Below are positions 25,252-36,812 of a DNA stretch of 64,000 bases, piece after piece (the stretch's first letter is position 1; each line of letters begins with the position of its first letter). This DNA is from Rhizophagus irregularis (taxonomy: Eukaryota), in contig NC_089429.1 in NCBI RefSeq assembly GCF_026210795.1, positions 6,882,001 through 6,946,000 on the forward strand, in the 5' to 3' direction. The notes beneath the pieces were generated by a model. That model saw only the letters and a program-made list of their open reading frames with translations, ran no database searches and was not told the origin of the DNA. Both the position numbers and the translations under genes were made by a program.

Positions 25252-28200
25252 GGGCTTTAACAACCACTCTTAAAATGAAAGCATTTATTATGGCTATAAT
25301 TTTTATTATATAAAATTTTAGTATACTTAAATCTTGGCTCTTGAAATAACTGGCTAATTACTTTTTATTTTGATACCTATTTGGAATTTTCTTTTGAAAA
25401 TAAACCAAAGAAACTTGCTGCTCATTATCAATCCCAATCTTATCATCGCAAGGTTTCATTCTAGAAAGTTACGAATATCTCTAGTTTTGAAGTACTAGTA
25501 TAAGCTATATTTCAATCTTCTGATCTTTATCAAACTATCAGGAAGTAATAGAAGTTGAAGAAAAAATAATTGAAAATTTATTCAGAGAATGAAATCATAT
25601 TTATTCATTTATAATATCAGGAATTTACAAAAAATGTCCTGGCATGACATGGAGAAAAATACAATACATATCATCCTTGATAGAGAGTTCAACTCTAATA
25701 TGTATATCAAATCATATTGGTTACATAAATCCATATCCTATTCTTGATCACAAAGTATTCTGGATATCTTAAAGAAAAAAACTTTTTAAAAAACACTAAA
25801 ATAAGAAACTTAGTTAATATATTACAAAATATAGCTTATCCATCATATCGAATGCCAATGCTAAAGTGGTGCCGCAAATATCGCAAATATATCATCTTTT
25901 ATTAGATTTATTTTATAACATCATTCATCATTACCTAAGGTACTATAATAAAGCATTCCCAATAAGAATTTATTGAAAAGAGAGTTATTAATTCTATGAT
26001 CCTTTTACATTAAACAACATACATATTTTCATATTATTGATCATTCCAAAATGTATGATGCATCATCAAATTCATCAACTGATTTATAATTATGTTTAAA
26101 GATAATTACGCATAATTAAGCTCAAAAACATGTTTATAAATAATACTTCTCATGCAAACTCTCATTAGTTTGACATTCAATGAACACAGAGTTTTACTAT
26201 CTTGCCATTTTGAAATAAGCTGAGAGATTTTTATTTTATTCTTGGAAATTGGAATAGAAATAATTTGAAGCATGCTTTGTACTCAAAATCAAAATTTCAT
26301 ATAACATTATTATTGTTGTTAGTTTATCACAAAATAGATTATCTGTTCAAAATATTTTATATTTATTATAAAGTTACTGATTATCAATATATAATATTTA
26401 TATGATTAGAGAAATAATCTTTTAAAATAATTCAACATTCAATGATTATATATCAAACAAATTCCCTTTATTCATAATTTCCAAATATTGTATTGGAAAG
26501 TGAGATATACAACCTTTATTTTACTTCTCATCAGGAAATTGAGTGATTTTAATTATTTTTAGAATCAACACAGGGTAACCAATGATAACCCTGACAAATC
26601 TAAATAATAGCATCAGCAGGACTAACTGGCCAGATAACCAGCATTCTGCCATTTTGAAAATAGACTAAGGAGATTATAATTTAATGGAAGTTTCACAGTC
26701 ATATAATGTGCCATCAACACAGAATAGTTTATAAAATATATTTTCAACTCTCATTAATCATTAATACAAATAATATAAGTTATTTTATACTTACTCATGT
26801 GTATTGTGTAAACAAATTGCATCTCCACATCTTCTATAACAAGAAATTAAGTATTCTTTGAAAGAATTTCTAGAAGCATTTGAAGAGCATACTATAAAGT
26901 CTCAAAATGCACGTACTATAAAGTTTCAAACTGCATCATCATGCTAAATACTGTAATAAAGTTTACCCAGACAATCCTTTTGGCATTACCAGATAAATAT
27001 GGACTGAAAGAATTGTATAATTCTAAGACCTGGGAAGTTTCACCAGTTATTTTAACAAGTAATTATACTTAAGCACAAAATAATTATGCTTAATTAAGTT
27101 CAATTTAAAAATAATTATGTTAATGACTTAATGTTTAAAACAAATACAAATTTTGTATAATTTTTATATATATATAAATTTTATAAAAAAAATTTTATTA
27201 TTAAATAATAATTCATATAAAATTTTAGATAAACTTCACAAACTCTCATTAATTTGAATCCCTTTACTCATTATTTACAAATGTTATATTGGCGAATTCA
27301 CAGTTTGCCATTTGAAATGGGCTGAGGAAGTTTTATTCATTTTTGGAATAATATAATAATAATAAGGGCTACTTCAGCGATGAACAGAGTGAAGTTAATG
27401 ATATAGCCCAAGTATTTTCACACTTTTCCTTAGAGGATTCAAATGAAAAAATTCATATTATTATATAAGATTTATAAGATTATTAAGGGAATAAGCTTCT
27501 AAATAATTTAACATTCAATGATTATATCAACTTTATTTAATTTAATCATATTATAATTAATTTATTGTTATTTTTTTTTTCAATATATACGAGGTAAATT
27601 ATAAACTTTACTTTTCAATTAAAAGTATAATTTACTTTTCTTACAAAATTTTAAAATATTATTTAATTAATGCAACATAATCTTTTTAGTTTTTATTTAA
27701 AAAAATTGACTTTTTTAATTACAAAGGATTTTTGAATATGACAAAAAAATTTCAGAGTTTCTCAATTAAAAAATCAACTGGACATAAAGAAAACTGGACA
27801 TATTTCTTATGTCTATCACAATTTGATGAAATATAGCTTAATAATTTCTTCAGAAAAAAGTTTTCTAACTATTTTATATATTTTAAAATAGTTTTATTAT
27901 TTATATCATTATTATTTTAAGTGACACAATTTAACTTCTCCTTTTTTGTCACTCCCAACTCCTGTAATTTTAAAAATTGAAAATTGAACCTACATTTTTT
28001 TGATAATATTAATATTAATATTTATGTGGTTCCATTTTTTTTAAAATAATTTATTATGAAAAAAGAATAAGGAATAATGATGAAACTGAACTTTTATTAT
28101 TCAAGTTTACCAATTGAACACATTCGCTTTCTTTCATGATGTTGAAGAAATGCGCGAAAGATTTTTGAAAATCAATGAAGAATTTTTAAAAATTATGGCA

Positions 28201-28485
28201 TTGTTTCAGAATTCGAGATAGAAGAATATGAAGTTTTCTGAGTTTATAACAACTTTCAACTTCTATTAATCAAATATACAAGTATTATGTGGTTCCTGCA
28301 TTTTATATAGGCAGGTAACAATAATATTTTTTACATAATTATTTTATTAAATAACTTCCCCTTTTTGTCACTCCTGACTCCTCATCATGCAGTAGTATTA
28401 CAAAACTATTTACATCATTTGAACATTGACGCCAATTGATGAATGTGAGACTACTGAATTTAAATAATAATTAATCATGGCTTAA

Positions 28486-28591
28486 CCCTATAAAAAATTT
28501 TTCAAAAAATGATCACTTGTTTGAGTTTCTTTGGAATGAAAACTAGAAAAATGATCATTTATAGAGTTTTTTCCAGAGTTTTTTTATAAAG
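28486..28591. mobile_element. Short CCCTATA-ended MITE
   Basis: CCCTATAAAAAA ... TTTTTTATAAAG (degenerate end) with TAA on both sides. Confidence 0.65.
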
Positions 28592-29256
28592 TAATAGTAA
28601 ATTCCTTGCAATGGTCTATATTCTATATTAAGTGAATTTATTACTTGATCAGGGTAAATCTACTCTTAAAAAAATTTGTTAGTTTTTATTTTATGAAATG
28701 GGTAACAACAACATTAATAACTATGCATTAGAAAAATGATGGGAGAAATATAGTAGTAGCAATATGGGATTGTGAAGTAGATATCCCAGGATTAACTAAA
28801 TTTATTGAAAGCTGGTGCATTAAAAGAACTTAGTACTATACGGAATGTTTTTTCATGCCAGAATCCTTTCATTATTAAAAATTTAGAATACTTCAAATAT
28901 CTGATTTTCACAAAAACAATTAATAAAAAAATTTTTTAGAAATTGATCATATGTCAGCAGAGTTTTTCTGGAGTAAAAACTAGAGGTATTGACATGTCTG
29001 TTATCTATTGTCATGATACCTAGACACATTGATTGATCCCAGAGCTATATCATGGTGACTCAACTCTTTAGTCAATAAGAATTAAGAAATAACTAATAAA
29101 AAATAAATTAGTCTTTATAAATCAAAGATTTTCTTCAATACACTTATTATTTACAAATATAAAAGTATACTCCTTTACTAGTTTTTTAAAAAGGTGTTAC
29201 AACTTATTTTATATTTAATATATAGAAAATATAAAAAATAATATTATAGAAATAAA

Positions 29257-30616
29257 TAGAAAATGACTTAATTGTGAATGAAGTTATGCTTTTAGCAAAA
29301 TACGAGTGTACTAACGAGAATGAATTTAAAATTTTATTGAGAAGTTTGATAATAGGATTAATAATAGTTAGCGAAAGAAGTGATTTAATTTTAGGAATTA
29401 ACGAAAAGATTAAAAATTGGTTATTTGATTTTATGACTAATTTAAGTAATAGGAAAAAAATTGACAGTGAATTTTATTTAGAGTTATTGTTTATAGAAAA
29501 ATTATTAGATAATAATAATATAGTTTTGAAAGAACACGAAGTTAAAGAATATAAAAAATTAGTAGAAAAAAAGAAAAAAGCAAGAGAAATATTAAAAGAT
29601 AAAAATATTATACAGATGATGAATTATAAAATAGATATAATAGATGAAGCGTTTGTTAACGAATATAATTTGATTTGGAACAAAAAAATAGTATTAGGAG
29701 GATATAGAAATTGGAGAAAAAAAGTGACAGATGTGATATGGAAAAACAAAATACTCAATAGTGAAAAATTGGATGATTTGTTTATGTATAATTTTAGAAA
29801 AGAATTCGATTGGGAAACAACTTTGAAGTTTATCAGTAATCGTTCTATTTTCACTTCTAGGCAATGTAATCAGAAAGATACATATGATAGATCTTATAGG
29901 ATAAAAAATATTTTAAAAGAACTGCCAACTTATGATACTCTTCTTAAAAGAAATACGAATAGAATAGACAATGATCTATGCAAGAGATGCAATAAAAATG
30001 AAAAAGAAACTTGGAAACATATTTGGATTTGCGAAGGTAACGAAGTAATGATCGACGAAGTTGCGCAAAAAGCAATTTATAGATTCAAAAAGATTTTAGA
30101 AACTAACGATCAACAAGATGAAATTAAAATTTCAATTTTGATTTCATGAGGATATTAGAACAACCTTCATTATACTTAGAGGAAAAATCTGAATATGGGA
30201 AATTTTAAGAAGAGTATACAATAATAATTTCAATAACTTAACGAAATGTAAAAAAGAAAAAGATGATGAGGTAAAAAATTTAACGAAAAAAATAAAAACA
30301 GAAAATAATCTATTAAAAAAACAACAAAAGAATTTTTATAAAAATCTTAGTCAGGTAATGCTAAACAGGTTAATAGGAGCGATAGCAGATGATCTAATAT
30401 TAATAATATTTGGGATCAAACGATTAAAAGTTATAGTTATTAAATTTGAATTTTATTTTTTACATAATTAGTTTTTAGTTAATTTTAGAATAGTATTTCT
30501 TTATTTTTGGTCTGATAACTTATATAGGGATTAGAGAATTTATTCTTTAAGCTCTAGGTGTTTTATAATTATTAATATTAATAAAATGCGTTACTATTTA
30601 AAAAAAAAAAAAAAAA
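29257..30616 (+). mobile_element. 5'-truncated non-LTR retrotransposon (ORF2 C-terminus with CCHC knuckle)
   Basis: ORF 29274-30149 contains FDWETT..ELPTYDTL..CKRC...ETWKHIWIC, homologous to the ORF at 34513-36777; poly(A) at ~30600-30617; TSD ATTATAGAAATAAA (29243-29256, 30617-30630). Confidence 0.85.
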
Positions 30617-33600
30617 ATTATAGAAATAAAAATGCTAACTAGTACTAGAGAAATAGTAGAACAATCAACAATATAAAATATCAGAATTTTTAAATTATTA
30701 GTAAAATTTTTATAACTAATATTATATAGTCAAAATTATAGAAAAATTATTATAATTCATTACATTAATGGTTGAACAAATTCTAATAACTTTAATACAA
30801 TTAATAATGTTATACTAATAAAATTGATGTTCATTTGTAATAAAAATTGACAAACAGTGCAGTGTAGAAAGAATTTTTACTACTTATTAGTAAAGCTTTA
30901 CAACTAGCATGATATTATAAATACTATACTATATAACGACTATTAATACATATTGATAATTGAATAAATTCTAACAACCCTATGATATTATCTAGTACAA
31001 AATAAATTATTGTATATATAGAGCTACATAGTAAGAATTATTAATTATTTATTAATTGATTGTAAATGAATTATCTATTTTCAACAAATATTGAGAAGAT
31101 AGTAATTAGTAACCAAAAAGAAGTTTTATCATATGTCATAAAAGCAATCTAGAGTAAAATATAAATTTATAGCTTAATTACAGTATAATAATAATATATG
31201 ATTAATATTCTTTAATCATTAAACCAATATGGAGTAAAATCATGTATATCTCGGATATGTACGGTACCTCTAAATAAATTTTTGTGTAAATATCATTATT
31301 TAGATAAAAAAAAAAGGAGAGAAAATGAGTCTTACTTTATCGCGCATCCCTTTGCATAGACATTATTTTTTTATTTACATTTTTGGAATATTAATTAGCT
31401 AATGTGACCCCTTCCGTGACCCGCATTCGCAATTTTAATCCGAAATTCTTCGTTAACAACAAAAGCAAACTGACACATATTAAAAATAATTTTATTGTTA
31501 TGTTTCTAATCTAAATAAAAATTAATTATAAAGCAATGACGTATTTATTTAATAATATATTAAAAAGGAAAAAACATGATTTAAACTTCTTTCTTTCAAA
31601 TGCATTTTGATATACTAATATGCAATATACATTTTTTTCAAGACAATTACGCGTATGTTGTATTTGAAATCCCGAATTCTGATAAATATTAATAATGTCA
31701 TTCAATCTTATTAATAAAATTCTAAATCATTTTTTTCTTAAAAAAAGTGTCAGAAATTACTGGAGAAATAGCAAAAAAATTCACTTTTTTTTTACAAAAA
31801 GAAATTCAAAAAAATTAAATATGCGTATTCATGCAAAAATTCATTCTCATAATTATTCTTACTTGATTCATTCTTTAATACCTATTAGTATTTCTCACTT
31901 TAATCTTAACAAGTTCCCTCGACATCATAATATTGCCACAATTTATTTCATCTCTTACAAAAACAAACGAAAATTCAATTCCCATTTCTTTTTACTATAA
32001 TCTTAATAATGTCTCTAGCATAATGCTGAGGCATTTTTAAACGATGGATCATATAACATTAAATGAAAAACAAAAGGTGGAGATTATAGTCAAAATAAGT
32101 CAAAATAGTGAGCTCTTAATATAATTATATAATTGAAGCATATTACCACTATTTTCAAATTCTTATTGTAATCCCAACTTTACAAAATGAGAATCAAAAA
32201 TACATTCATTCCTTAAAATTATCTGATTATTAGTTATCTCATCACATATCCGTCACAGTACCCGCCATCCACGTCCAATAACACTTCACATTTGCCTCGA
32301 ATAATGTCTTTCCTTGCCTTAATTATGCCATTAATAATTGCCAGAAGACAAAATATAATATTAGCATAGTTCCCTATATCTTCTAAGAAATCAAGTTATC
32401 GACAAAAAATTATAAAAATTAAACTTAATTAATAAAAGAAAAAAATATTGATTTATTAATTAAATATTTCGTCTATTTTGAATTATTTTAAATATTTTGA
32501 ATTAAATAAAAATTTAATTTTTATTCATTCATAATATTATTATAATTTAATAGGTGAAAATTATTATGATGAATAGGATGATAAGAATTTATTCTAGTTT
32601 GAAATTTAATAAAATTTACCAATTTAAATTTTTTGCAAGTTGATAAATATTTTTTTATTCATTCAATGAAAATAATAAATTTGGCCTGTGATAATTATCG
32701 CCAGTGATATAATTTCACATCTATTGTATATTAATTAAGTAAATGAAATTTAAAATAAATTTCTAATAATAAATAAATATAATTCCAATTCTTTTTTTTG
32801 ATTCTGCTGGCTAAGATCATTAATGATGCAGGCCATTCAAAATGATAATTTCTTAATAATTTAAAAGAATAAATTAGTTAAACGAGATTTTTATTAATAA
32901 AAATATTACAGGGAAATGGCTTTCCTTTTTTGATAAAAAGATCAAAAAAAAAAATATAAAATGAAAAAGGAAACAGCTTTCCATCTAATCGCAGAAGAAG
33001 AGGAAGCAAGACGTTTAGAGGAGGAAGATCTACCTTTTCTCTTTCGTAAAAAAATTTAATATTGGAAATACTGAAATGGTCAATGTAGAACAAATTGTCT
33101 TTTGTAATTTAGAAGTTTTATCGATCTTTTAGAGCCACACTGATTGGTTACGTCACATAGATCAAGGACATCCTCTATTATTATGATAAATTAAGAGAAC
33201 ATTTTTTTTACTTCAAATTAAAATAATGTAGTAAAAATTATTTTTATTGTAGTTTTTTTTTATTATTAACGTGACCATTTGAAAAATGATGTTCCAAAAG
33301 TTTTAGTTATGAAATTTGTGTTCAAAAAGTCAAATTAAAGAAGAAAAAGACACCAAATAATATAAAGCAATACAACATAATTCGGTATTTTGAAAATATT
33401 GTTATTAAAAATACAAAATTACTTAAGGTTTTTTTCAAAAAAGTGAACATGCTGCATTTTACATACATATCAACTAAATAAAAGTTAAATAAATAACTCA
33501 GAGCATGAAAATTTTACTCAATCTAACTAGAACGAAAACTAAGTAATCAAAATACATAATCCCAATGAAGATAAAAGAAATGAAACATGATACATAAATA

Positions 33601-33734
33601 ACAAAAAATTGAAGTAATGATAAATAACCATACAGTTATGACATACCACTAGATTAAAAATGTCAAAATTACAAAGGAAAGATTGTAACGTTAATCTCAG
33701 AAAATAAATTATTAGCTGTAACTTTTATTATTGA

Positions 33735-34121
33735 TTGATTGATGATTTAGAATTCTTTAAAATACGAAACAAATTTGTTTATTCACGAATAATAAACCTT
33801 CAAGCTTTTCTTTCAGCAGGAAGAAGGAATTCTCCAGTTTCAAATGAAATAGAACAAATTTTTAATGAAAGACATTATGATAGAGAACCATTTATCTCAT
33901 CATTTTCTAGGGCTTTTGTGTTAGCTTATGAAATGTGTGAAAAACATATATCTACTAATCATCCAACTTTACCACTATTTAGAGCAATACTACAATGCTT
34001 TGACCCAAGATTTATTCAATCCAATATCACAGCTCATCGTTGGGAGATTATAGAATTATTGAAGAATTTCAATTTCTGACAGATACTTTAATACAAGAAT
34101 GGAGTATTTACTGTTGATTTG
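33735..34121 (+). pseudogene. hAT-like transposase relic, 5' part (interrupted at 34122)
   Basis: HPTLPLFRAILQCFDPRFI...TLIQEWSIYC; continues at 40417 after the nested insertion. Confidence 0.6.
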
Positions 34122-34210
34122 CCCTATAAGAAATATGTATACGGAAAGGAAACGTTTTGTATACATTTTATGTACGTTTCTATAGATTCCGTATACAAAT
34201 TCCGTATATT

Positions 34211-36794
34211 TTTATTTTTATTTTTATTTAACAGTAATAGTTAGCGGATACAAATTTTATAAACATATCAAAAATGAAAAAGTAAAATAAAAAAATGAAC
34301 TAAACTATCAGAAGAATCTACTTCGACGGTGGGGCAATTAAACACGAAACTATTAAAGATATAACCAACTACACCTAAAAACCATTTCTTTAATTAACCC
34401 ACTACCTCCCATACACTAGCCGAAACTTGGTAAGTTGAAGCCCGCCCTGCAGAAGAAAGTAAAATTGACCCTATAAAATTATATAAATCAACTACTAAAA
34501 TCTACGATGGCGCTACGAAGTAAGATTAGTATAAAATTCTATTATATTTTTGCCAAAATAAATGTAATTTCTAACACTATCTAAAGAATCATAATGAATA
34601 ATATTATTATTACTATTATTATTATTAGGTAATGAACGAACGCTTTTAAACTCTAATTTTTTCTTTTTAGTCAACCCTAAAGAACGTTCAAATTCCTTCA
34701 AATGCGAACACCTTGGAATCCAAACCTCTTCAAATATCTCATTAAAAATAAACTGCCTCATTTGAATTAAAACATCAGCAACGTTTTTCTTTGTAGTCCA
34801 AGAACTCAAAAAATCTGAAAGTGACATAGGTATAAGTCCTTTAATAAGATCAATGAAAGTAAACACGTTAGGATCATAAGATATATCCCATATATCAAGC
34901 GCCATAAGAGCATTAAAATCGTGTATATTATCGTTATATTCCAAAATCCAGGTCAAGAGATGATTAATAGTCTTATCTCTAATGTTGTGAATAATATCAT
35001 AATGACCACTACATGTCCAGACATGATTAAAAGTTTCGTCTTGTAGTCCACATATAGGGCACATCCAACCATCATATAAGTCAAGCAATGATTTCTTCAT
35101 CTGTTCAATTGTAGGAATTTCTTCAATTAATAAGTGAACTTTTTGAGCTTTCATTTTAGAAGAAGAAACAGAAGTTTCATTGTTATTTATATCACAATTT
35201 AAACAACTAAATGTGGATGTCCAGTCAACTTCTAACGTGCGATATTTAGAATTTCTGTTTAAATTAATAAATTTTTCCAATCCTTTGTAGTTGCATATAT
35301 TTTTCAAAAATGAACGCAGCTTATTTTCAATAATAATCCCATTCCAACAAGGAAGAACTTTCATCATACAAGCATCCCGTTGAAAAACTATATAGCGATC
35401 CTGATCAGTATGTGCAATTTTCGCCAAATTATCTACATAATTATTACCCATATCATCACCATGAGCAACAACTTTAAACATTTCCACATGCAAGTTCAAT
35501 GTTAATATAATTCTACATAAAATAGCCCATAAGAAATTATTATTAGCCTTAAAGTATTCTCGTGAAGTTTGAGAAAATCTTGAGTTCTTTAATTTTTCAA
35601 ATTGTGTAATTACGTTAAGCGAATCTGTATTAATTCTAACTTTGCTATTTTTTGGAACAACGCTTAATGCTAAAAGGACTGCTAATAATTCTCCTCTATA
35701 TGCAGAAGGCCATTTATCAATAGTAGAATAAAATTCTATATGAGGTATATCAAATAAATCACTAATCTGAGCGAAAGCGCAACTAATACTACATTGTTCA
35801 GTACCTAATTCTATTAATGATCCATCGGTGTAAAACTCAAAAATATAATAATTGTTGTTGTCAAAAGGAGCTAATGTGCGTTGTATAGTTAACAAGTCAT
35901 TTCTTGAAGTTGAAGAATCTAATAAATCCAAAATTATATTATCTTGCACTTGTGATGAAATCACGTGATTTTGCGTTAACGCTTGATGTATAATATCATA
36001 CTTCTTTTTTGCAAAATCAAAAATGTCAAAAATATTAAATTCTATTAAGTTTGTAAGTTGACTAGGTGCAAATTGAGAATCTGTTAATAATGGTACTAAA
36101 CATTCCCAGTCAGCAGAAAACGTACAAGGTGATCGTAATGATAATGATGCATTAGCAGCACATCCATATTCCATACATTGATATATATAAGTATGTGTAT
36201 TGGTACATCTAGACATATCAATATGAAAATGTTTAATAACAGGTCGTTGTGTATCATCTATTCCTTGAATTTTACCAATAACTACAGAGTTAAATTGTGA
36301 ATTATAAACGGCTATTAAAGATCTATTTTTTTTAGCAATATCATATGATCGAGCCTCTTCCATATTGTCAACACGAGCGCCAAATAATTGTGTTATATTA
36401 AGAGTCAAATGAACACCATCTGAAGTAATTAAGTTTCTAATATCTGAATACCATTTAGTTTCTTTCCGTTGTGAAAAAACAGGAATATAAGCCTTAATAA
36501 GTATTTCTTTCCATAACAATAAACGAGATTTATCACCTGAAATAATTTGATCTAAAAATAAAATATTCTTTTCACGAAGTCTCATCCTATATTTGGAATA
36601 ATATGCATTATCAACCACGTCTTCCAAAGGAATTGTACCTCCTTTAATTGATGGAAAAATAAATTTATCTAAATTTTCTAACGAAATATTGTTATCATAA
36701 CATAATAAAAGCATATTAAGAATATAATTATTTTTTCGTGTATGCGGAACACGATTATAAGGAAGTTTTTCTATCAATGGGCGCGATGTCCATA
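34211..36794 (-). mobile_element. 5'-truncated RNase H-encoding non-LTR retrotransposon
   Basis: 18-bp TSD ATACAAATTCCGTATATT (34193-34210, 36795-36812); (TAAAAA)n tail at ~34209-34230; ~300-bp 3' UTR; uninterrupted ORF. Confidence 0.92.
34513..36777 (-). CDS. Retroelement ORF2 C-terminal half: RNase HI-type domain and CCHC zinc knuckle (RT lost by truncation)
   Basis: FYTDGS, YRGELLAVLLAL, INTDSLNVI, KVVAHGDDMGNNYVDNLAK (D-E-D-H-D set); CPIC...ETFNHVWTC. The frame is open up to the TSD, so there is no true start codon. Confidence 0.85.
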   Translation of the reverse strand: MIEKLPYNRVPHTRKNNYILNMLLLCYDNNISLENLDKFIFPSIKGGTIPLEDVVDNAYYSKYRMRLREKNILFLDQIISGDKSRLLLWKEILIKAYIPVFSQRKETKWYSDIRNLITSDGVHLTLNITQLFGARVDNMEEARSYDIAKKNRSLIAVYNSQFNSVVIGKIQGIDDTQRPVIKHFHIDMSRCTNTHTYIYQCMEYGCAANASLSLRSPCTFSADWECLVPLLTDSQFAPSQLTNLIEFNIFDIFDFAKKKYDIIHQALTQNHVISSQVQDNIILDLLDSSTSRNDLLTIQRTLAPFDNNNYYIFEFYTDGSLIELGTEQCSISCAFAQISDLFDIPHIEFYSTIDKWPSAYRGELLAVLLALSVVPKNSKVRINTDSLNVITQFEKLKNSRFSQTSREYFKANNNFLWAILCRIILTLNLHVEMFKVVAHGDDMGNNYVDNLAKIAHTDQDRYIVFQRDACMMKVLPCWNGIIIENKLRSFLKNICNYKGLEKFINLNRNSKYRTLEVDWTSTFSCLNCDINNNETSVSSSKMKAQKVHLLIEEIPTIEQMKKSLLDLYDGWMCPICGLQDETFNHVWTCSGHYDIIHNIRDKTINHLLTWILEYNDNIHDFNALMALDIWDISYDPNVFTFIDLIKGLIPMSLSDFLSSWTTKKNVADVLIQMRQFIFNEIFEEVWIPRCSHLKEFERSLGLTKKKKLEFKSVRSLPNNNNSNNNIIHYDSLDSVRNYIYFGKNIIEFYTNLTS

Positions 36795-36812
36795 ATACAA
36801 ATTCCGTATATT

